Source: an uncultured Rhodoferax sp.
Lineage (GTDB): Bacteria; Pseudomonadota; Gammaproteobacteria; Burkholderiales; Burkholderiaceae_C
Length of the DNA stretch: 64,000 nucleotides
Direction: 5' to 3'
Assembly (NCBI GenBank): GCA_964569855.1
Contig: CAZMXB010000002.1
Location: forward strand, 18,619 to 82,618
The notes below the pieces were generated by a model that ran no database searches, was not told the origin of the DNA, and saw only the letters and a list, made by a program, of their open reading frames with translations. This document shows positions 57,571 to 64,000 of this stretch, one piece after another. Position numbers and translations under genes: made by a program. Within the stretch, counting starts at the first letter, position 1; each line of letters opens with the position of its first letter.

Positions 57571-58584
57571 ATGTCAAACACAGCAAAAATCAATTCGTCT
57601 CAAGTGAATCATGTCTACTTTGTTGTAGACCAATCTGGGTCAATGACTCGCCATACGAGTCAAGTAAAGAATGTATGCAATGCGTTAATCTCGGAGACCG
57701 GTGATCTTATTCCTGGTGTTGAAAACCGAGTGAGTGTGTATACATTCAATGACACATGTCGTCGAGCGCTGACCGACGGTGATCCACGTTTTGCCAAGTT
57801 CGATGACTATCGTCCGTTCGGAAATACAGCTATCGTCGATTCTTTGGATATGGTCTATGCGGACATCCAAGCTCTTCGCCAACGATGTGATAATCGTGAC
57901 CGGACATTCCTGGTTTATCTGGTGACCGATGGCGAAGATAATAGTTCGCGAATCACCATTGACACGCTAAAATCTCGATTTGCTCCACTCTCGAATATCG
58001 TGACTGTTGCCGCATTTGTTCCAAATTTGGTCGGTGAACGATACGCAAAGAGCCTTGGTATCTCTCATGGCAACATCCAAATTTGGGACGTGAATCGAGA
58101 CTTCTCCGAAGTCAAATCTACCGTAACTTCATCCATGCGCGAATACGCGACAACTCGTTCTGCTGGTCAAACCACATCTTCGAGTCTTTTCCGTCCTAAC
58201 ACGGCAGCAGTTCAGAAAGCTGTCGATTCTGGGACTGTTGCTGAATTCACACAGCCACTTCAGTTCTTGGATGTATCGATTAGTGGAGTAGAAATTGCTC
58301 CGTTCATTCAGTCCAAGATCGGAAATTATGTCAAGGGATCGGCATACTACCAACTCACGAAATCCGAGCAACTTGGGCCAATGAAGAACCTCTTGATCGT
58401 CCATCGGATTTCCGGTAAGGCATACCATGGTCCGAACGCTCGTGCAATTCTTGGAATCCCGGCTGGTACAGTTCGGATCTCTGTGGACAAGACACCAGGC
58501 AATGTGTGGGACGTCTTCGTACAAAGCACAAGCCTCAACCGTAAGTTGGTTGGTGGAACTCGAGTTATTGTTCTGAAATATTGA
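57571..58584 (+). CDS. vWA-domain protein
   Basis: DQSGSM MIDAS, T, VTDGEDN. Confidence 0.87.
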   Translation: MSNTAKINSSQVNHVYFVVDQSGSMTRHTSQVKNVCNALISETGDLIPGVENRVSVYTFNDTCRRALTDGDPRFAKFDDYRPFGNTAIVDSLDMVYADIQALRQRCDNRDRTFLVYLVTDGEDNSSRITIDTLKSRFAPLSNIVTVAAFVPNLVGERYAKSLGISHGNIQIWDVNRDFSEVKSTVTSSMREYATTRSAGQTTSSSLFRPNTAAVQKAVDSGTVAEFTQPLQFLDVSISGVEIAPFIQSKIGNYVKGSAYYQLTKSEQLGPMKNLLIVHRISGKAYHGPNARAILGIPAGTVRISVDKTPGNVWDVFVQSTSLNRKLVGGTRVIVLKY

Positions 58585-59057
58585 AATAAAACTGGACAAC
58601 TCTCCGGAAGTGTGGTAGACTGATTCCATACTTCCGGAGAAATCCAATGTTAAACGCTCAAGACACAGAATGGGAAGAGTGGTACGATCGAGTTGAATCT
58701 GAAATTTCAAACGCCATCAAGGAGATAATTGAAAATGAAAAAGCGAACATGTGTTCTGGGTTACACCAAGCTCTGTCAACGGATGCGAACAAAGTTGCGT
58801 GATCCGAATACAACGGAAGAAATGGCGTCTGCTATTTTTGCATTCATCAAGAATTCGAAGGCAGATGGCCGCCGCCGACATGAAGCAGCAAATCGCCGAG
58901 GAGTTGGTATGAGCGCTTCGGAGCATAGCGTCCGTAAGTCCCTGCACGAGTTTGCAGAGAACACTCAGCCGGCGGATTAAAAGTTTACAATTCAGTGCTG
59001 GACAACGGCCTTCCGATATGTTAGAATCAATCTAACAAATAGGGAAGGCCTTTAAGT

Positions 59058-59372
59058 ATGAAGACGATGATCAAGCCGCCACTTCCGCAATGGATTCTGG
59101 ACCGCTATTCGGATTGGCGTGAAGATGAACTTCGCGAAGCTCTTGATGAATGGGCTCGTCTTGGAAAAGAACCAGTCAGGAAACCAAAGGTTGAAGTTCG
59201 TATTCCAAATCAATGCGAGCTTCAGGTCTCGTTGATTTGGATGGCGACTTATCCAGAAGTAGCAGGAAATCGTATTGCCAAATTCATTGCGTTCGCTAAA
59301 AATGACGGAATGAAGAATCTTCGAACAGAAAGTTCTAACCAGACTGGCTTCATTACATTTATCATGGAGTAA
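59058..59372 (+). CDS. Early hypothetical protein
   Basis: Own promoter. Confidence 0.55.
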   Translation: MKTMIKPPLPQWILDRYSDWREDELREALDEWARLGKEPVRKPKVEVRIPNQCELQVSLIWMATYPEVAGNRIAKFIAFAKNDGMKNLRTESSNQTGFITFIME

Positions 59373-59376
59373 CACA

Positions 59377-60501
59377 ATGTCAAATAAGCTCATGACCTTC
59401 GAAACAATCCGAAGCGTTCGAAACCATCAAAACGCCGATCGGCTGGACATCGTGAATGTCGCCGGTTACGAGGCTATTGTTGGCCGTGGAATGTATGAAG
59501 TCGGTGACCTGTGTTTCTTCGTTCACCCAGATGCTTCACTTCCGAAAGAACGAGAATGGTCGCAGAAGTTTCTTCCATTCGTGAGTTCAAATACCCAAAG
59601 GGTAAAGGCTAAGAATATTCGTGGAGAATGGAGCTTTGGTCTGGTTGTATCTTTGGATGAACTTCAATTTCGTCCAATAGTTTATTATGTTGGTGTTGAC
59701 TATTCTGATGAATTTGGAGTTACCAAGTACGAGGCTCCACTTCCGGTTGATCTTTCTGTTAAAGGACCTCTTCCATTCAATTTGATCCCAACGGATGAAG
59801 ATCGATATCAGAACTTCAGCCCAGAACTTGTTATTGGTAAAATGGGAACGGCGACAGAAAAGATCGATGGGTCTTCTTTGACCGTTTTCTGCGTCCTTCC
59901 TGGTCATCTCTACAATTTAACATCTGAGCCGATCATAGGCTATTGCGCACGGAATAACGAACTCAAGATTCCAGACAAAGAGAATCCGACAACGAATCTC
60001 TACTGGGAGGCGTGTGTGAAGTCTGGTGTTTTCGATAAGCTTCGAGCTCATTGCATGAAGACTGGGATGAGCCTGGCTGTTCGTGGAGAAATCCACGGCT
60101 ATGGTGTACAATCTTCCAAGAATAATCTTTGGAGCACTGTCGAGAAGGATGTTCGTTGGTTTTCATTGATTAACGTTCAGACTCTTGAATACTTGCCGTT
60201 TAACGAGCTTTTTAGATTCGCCAGTAAATACGAACTCAATACGGTTCCGCTTCTATTCACTTTCACTGTGCTCACCGAAGAGTTGATCAAGAAGATTGAG
60301 ACGGCTCACACAATGAAAGATCTTTGTCCCAACGATTGCGGAGACTATTGGATCGACTGGAACACAAAGAACCGCCATAATTCAGGAGTCACTGACAGAG
60401 CAGACATGTTTGAAGGAGTAGTATTCCAATATGTCGATGAGTCAACCGGGAAGGTCCGATCGTTCAAGATTATGAACAAACCGTATGACGAAGCCAAATG
60501 A
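59377..60501 (+). CDS. RNA ligase, DRB0094-like family
   Basis: H.NADRL N-terminal module, TDEDR.QN, EKIDGSS, GEIHG, EGVV, SFK. Confidence 0.88.
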   Translation: MSNKLMTFETIRSVRNHQNADRLDIVNVAGYEAIVGRGMYEVGDLCFFVHPDASLPKEREWSQKFLPFVSSNTQRVKAKNIRGEWSFGLVVSLDELQFRPIVYYVGVDYSDEFGVTKYEAPLPVDLSVKGPLPFNLIPTDEDRYQNFSPELVIGKMGTATEKIDGSSLTVFCVLPGHLYNLTSEPIIGYCARNNELKIPDKENPTTNLYWEACVKSGVFDKLRAHCMKTGMSLAVRGEIHGYGVQSSKNNLWSTVEKDVRWFSLINVQTLEYLPFNELFRFASKYELNTVPLLFTFTVLTEELIKKIETAHTMKDLCPNDCGDYWIDWNTKNRHNSGVTDRADMFEGVVFQYVDESTGKVRSFKIMNKPYDEAK

Positions 60502-60513
60502 AGGAGTCGATAA

Positions 60514-60930
60514 ATGAGCGAGCATAAAGTTCTTCCTGATTTTCAAATCGAAATCAAAAGGGCATTTCTGACAGAGATGGCCGAAAGCAAACTGAAAGAA
60601 GTAGACCAGAAAATCACCGATCGATGTAATGAGCTAATCAAAAAAGAGGCAAACCGTCTGGTGAAACTTACTGTTGGTACTCTTTGGTGGAAGAAGCCAA
60701 GGTACTCGATGGAAGAAGCCGAAAAGGTTGCATCCGAGATTATTTTGAACGGAAAGCTTCCTGGAAGTTTTTATGAATATGATTATCCTCTTCATGGTGA
60801 AAGAATGGATTTGCTCATTTCTGGATACCTGCCAAGGCAAAGTAAGTTTCTGCGAGAACTGATTTCAATTGACACTGGGTCGATTGGTGTAAAATTGAAT
60901 TCTGCCGCCTATGAGATGTTGACCAAGTGA
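60514..60930 (+). CDS. Hypothetical protein
   Basis: AAGGAG RBS. Confidence 0.6.
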   Translation: MSEHKVLPDFQIEIKRAFLTEMAESKLKEVDQKITDRCNELIKKEANRLVKLTVGTLWWKKPRYSMEEAEKVASEIILNGKLPGSFYEYDYPLHGERMDLLISGYLPRQSKFLRELISIDTGSIGVKLNSAAYEMLTK

Positions 60931-61195
60931 ACGCCAAGAGCGGTTGGATATACCAACAATCATATCCAAAATGGTCTCAACGGAAGAAAGAAATTCTGGA
61001 TTGGTTTAGAAATTCCGAATATGGCTGGATTGTGAATTGTAAGCACACCGTTCAACTTAATGATAGAAATCGTTTGGCCAAAGATCTTAGAAGGTTGGTC
61101 AAAGAGGGAATTCTTGTTCAATCGAGAGAATGGTATGGACGAAGTCGAAAGACTGTATTGAAATTGAAGTGATTGAGAGGAGTTAACACATAATA

Positions 61196-61894
61196 ATGTC
61201 GAAAACAGGACAAGCCGCTATTATAGAATTCGAGAGAATAGCCGAGGCTTTTTATCATAGTATCTCGAGAAAGACAAACGGATTCCAGGAATTCAAGGTT
61301 CCGGTTATTGGATTTTCTGGAAAAGCCGGATCTGGAAAGGATTCAGCCGGTGAGGCTATTCTGTCATCCGGAATCAAGGCAAAACGAGAATCCTTTGCTG
61401 ATCCATTACGAGAAATGGTCAAATGCCTTGGGGTGGATGTCGATAGGATCTACCGTGAGAATAATGGAGCCGGAAAGAACGATCCTCTACCGGGTTTCGG
61501 AGGAAAATCTCTTCGGTTCTTGCTTCAAACTCTTGGAACCGATTGGGGTCGAAATATGATCTCGGATTCTATATGGATGGACATTGGCCTCAGGAAGATA
61601 AAGGAAAATCAAGACACTGGACGATTGACCATCTTCACTGATGTTCGATTCGATAATGAGGCGAAGGCTATTAAGTCTGCTGGTGGAGTGATCATTCAGA
61701 TTGAAGCTCTTGGTTCTTCATTTTCTGCGACATCCGACGCGAAAGAAGCATTTAGAGCACATGAATCAGAGGCTCAGATTTCTCCATCTCTGGTAGATTT
61801 CAAGTTGGTTAATCAGTTCTATGATAATCCAATCGTTGGTCGAAATGTATTCATGACAAATGTGTTGAAGCTAGTTAACGCAGTTATGGAGTAA
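61196..61894 (+). CDS. Deoxynucleoside monophosphate kinase (gp1-like)
   Basis: GKAGSGKD, FADPL, R.LLQ.LGTDWGR, DVRF.NE, HESE. Confidence 0.92.
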   Translation: MSKTGQAAIIEFERIAEAFYHSISRKTNGFQEFKVPVIGFSGKAGSGKDSAGEAILSSGIKAKRESFADPLREMVKCLGVDVDRIYRENNGAGKNDPLPGFGGKSLRFLLQTLGTDWGRNMISDSIWMDIGLRKIKENQDTGRLTIFTDVRFDNEAKAIKSAGGVIIQIEALGSSFSATSDAKEAFRAHESEAQISPSLVDFKLVNQFYDNPIVGRNVFMTNVLKLVNAVME

Positions 61895-62423
61895 TGAAAT
61901 GACATTCAAAAGTGTTTGGCCGTATTTGTGTGGATTCGCCGTCGTGATGTTTATTGGTTCAGCTATTTTTAACATCACTCAGATAGGTGAAATCCTCAAA
62001 AGATTTGGTTGGTCATTCTGGATTTTATTTTGGCTGGAATCTGGGCATATGAGCTTAATGTCGCTATAGCAAAGAGAGATTGAAATGGAAAAGACATATG
62101 CAGAATGGAAAACAGAAGGCTTTCAAGTCAACCGCGGAGAGAAGGCGACTGGAAAGAATTAAGATGGTGTTCCTACGTTCACCAGGCACCAAAGGTGTAC
62201 AAGCATCTTGTGGAATGCCTTGGTGGAAAACGGACTCGAGTGATTGCCTTCATTTATCCGATGATCGAGCGGTTTCCTGGTCATCGGGAGGAACGAGTGA
62301 TCATTGTTGGTCGTCCTGGGTGTCATAACGAAGGTAAGATCTACCATGACATTTCCTATAATCTCTATCTGAAACTCGTTCGGATGGATTTCTTCGAACT
62401 CGATGATTCCGAGGATAATTGAC

Positions 62424-62876
62424 ATGAACTCGAAACAATTCTCTATCGCTCTTGGATTAGCCGTCTCGACACATGGTGGGACTAACGATCGAGGCGGCAA
62501 GCCGTACATTTTGCATCCATTGCGGATCATGATGCGACTTCGGACTGATGACCTTCACTTGATGGCTTTGGCGCTGATGCATGACGTCATCGAGGATTCT
62601 AGCATCTCTTTCAAGGACTTGCTTGAGCAAGGGTTTTCTGAGGAGTTCGTTGATGATCTTCGATTGCTCACTCATCAACCAGGCGAAGATTACATGGCCT
62701 ACATCGAGAAGATGCGCGGCAACCGACGAGTTCTTCTGGTCAAGGAACAAGACCTTCGAGACAATTCTGACATCACTCGACTCAAAGGTGTCACCGAAAA
62801 GGACATCGCTCGAATGGTGAAGTACCAGAATGCATTTGTGAAGGTTCGTGGATTTTTGGCCGAATTGAATTCATGA
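62424..62876 (+). CDS. HD-domain hydrolase (Mesh1/SpoT-HD-like)
   Basis: H.G..DR.GKPYI.HP, LMHDVIED, VK..D..DN. Confidence 0.85.
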   Translation: MNSKQFSIALGLAVSTHGGTNDRGGKPYILHPLRIMMRLRTDDLHLMALALMHDVIEDSSISFKDLLEQGFSEEFVDDLRLLTHQPGEDYMAYIEKMRGNRRVLLVKEQDLRDNSDITRLKGVTEKDIARMVKYQNAFVKVRGFLAELNS

Positions 62877-63065
62877 GGCTTCCAAAGAATACGATTCGTG
62901 TTGCTCTTGGAGGAAATACATTTCTCCAGAAGACTCAACTCAAGCGACATGGAGCGTATTGGGAAGCCAGTAAGAAAAGATGGACCATAGCCAAATCGGT
63001 CTGGGATTTGATCGATAAAGAATTTCCTGGTGTATTTATCACAGAACAAATCAATGGAGAACCAA

Positions 63066-63458
63066 ATGAACAAAGAAATCAAACAGAATCTTGAAGAGCT
63101 ATTCGACATCAATAAAGAACTTGAAAGGCTCACTGATCGCAAAGATTTAATCATTAAAATGTTTAGCAAACGGATTACTGCGTATTTCCGGAAATTTGGC
63201 AAGACAAGGTTTGATGAAATAACTAACATTCAAGATTATGGCGTCACTCTTCTTGTCACATTGTATGAAAATGCATATGCAGATAGTCCGTGCCAAGAAG
63301 AAGATTGTTTTTTCCCAAAATCTCTTTTAGATGATAGTAACTGGAGTGAATTTCTTGAAGCCTTTGAACAAGAGCAAAAAGAAAAAGTTAAAAAAACGAC
63401 AAAAGAAGAAATAGATGAACTGTTGAAATTGGTTGAACAACTCAAGACCAAACTCTGA
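63066..63458 (+). CDS. Hypothetical protein, paralog of next gene
   Basis: GGAGA RBS; shared IN..LE.LT..K..II and DEIT.I. Confidence 0.6.
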   Translation: MNKEIKQNLEELFDINKELERLTDRKDLIIKMFSKRITAYFRKFGKTRFDEITNIQDYGVTLLVTLYENAYADSPCQEEDCFFPKSLLDDSNWSEFLEAFEQEQKEKVKKTTKEEIDELLKLVEQLKTKL

Positions 63459-63470
63459 AAGGGGAAAGAG

Positions 63471-63899
63471 ATGAAAGAGCAATTAGCGAAGTTGAAAGTA
63501 ATCAATGATCAACTCGAAGAGCTGACAAGCGACAAGAATCAGATTATTGCGATTTTGTCTCCTAGGATTATGGCATATTCTGTTATTCTTGGAAAAACTC
63601 GAGGCTCCAGGTTCGACGCTCCTGAATATGACGAGATTACTGACATCGATTTTGGAGGTCTTGGTGTTCTTAGGGTGACTACTGTTACTGTAGCTTATAA
63701 CGGAGACGGTGATGAATACAATTCTTTTGACTTTCCTGAAAAATTTCTGGACGAAGAAGAATTTGAAAAGTTCAAAGAAGAACTAAAGCCAAAAATTGAG
63801 AAAAGAAATAAAGAAGTAGTTGAATCAGAACGTAAACAAATCAAGCAAAGAATTGAATCTCTTCAAGATGAATTGATTCGGCTTCAAAACAAGCTATGA
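63471..63899 (+). CDS. Hypothetical protein, paralog of previous gene
   Basis: Shares IN..LE.LT..K..II and DEIT.I with 63066-63458. Confidence 0.6.
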   Translation: MKEQLAKLKVINDQLEELTSDKNQIIAILSPRIMAYSVILGKTRGSRFDAPEYDEITDIDFGGLGVLRVTTVTVAYNGDGDEYNSFDFPEKFLDEEEFEKFKEELKPKIEKRNKEVVESERKQIKQRIESLQDELIRLQNKL

Positions 63900-64000
63900 A
63901 CACCAATTCACCGCTTAATGAAGTAAGACAGATCAATGGTCAGAAATGGATGCTCGTTTCAGAGACAGCGAATCCTGATACGGCGTCTGATCGACGAGCG

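Noticed and set aside
57571-58584. Ro60/TROVE partner for the Y-like RNA
   Set aside because: The vWA domain is N-terminal and no TROVE region precedes it

Overview
64-kb segment of a large T4-like (myovirus-type) bacteriophage genome, read almost entirely on the + strand with standard stop-codon usage. Left arm (1-23.3 kb): replication and nucleotide-metabolism genes (primase, class II NrdJ, RNase H, DNA ligase, ThyA, Rnl1-like ligase, peptide deformylase). Centre (23.6-45.3 kb): a very large RNA-gene island. It holds about 49 tRNA or tRNA-derived genes, many non-canonical (8/4 Ser tRNAs, an ochre-suppressor anticodon, C33 loops, swapped variable-arm classes). It also holds a circularly permuted two-piece tmRNA, a hammerhead ribozyme directly upstream of a GOLLD-like giant RNA, a Y-RNA-like permuted tRNA, several unassigned structured RNAs, and seven free-standing homing endonucleases, one of which splits a tRNA-Ile gene in its T-loop. 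Right arm (46-64 kb): topoisomerase II subunits, an NAD+ salvage pair (NadM-Nudix and NadV), vWA protein, a second RNA ligase, dNMP kinase, HD hydrolase and many small ORFs. All calls come from reading the sequence by eye. No database or covariance-model search was run, and RNA boundaries are approximate.
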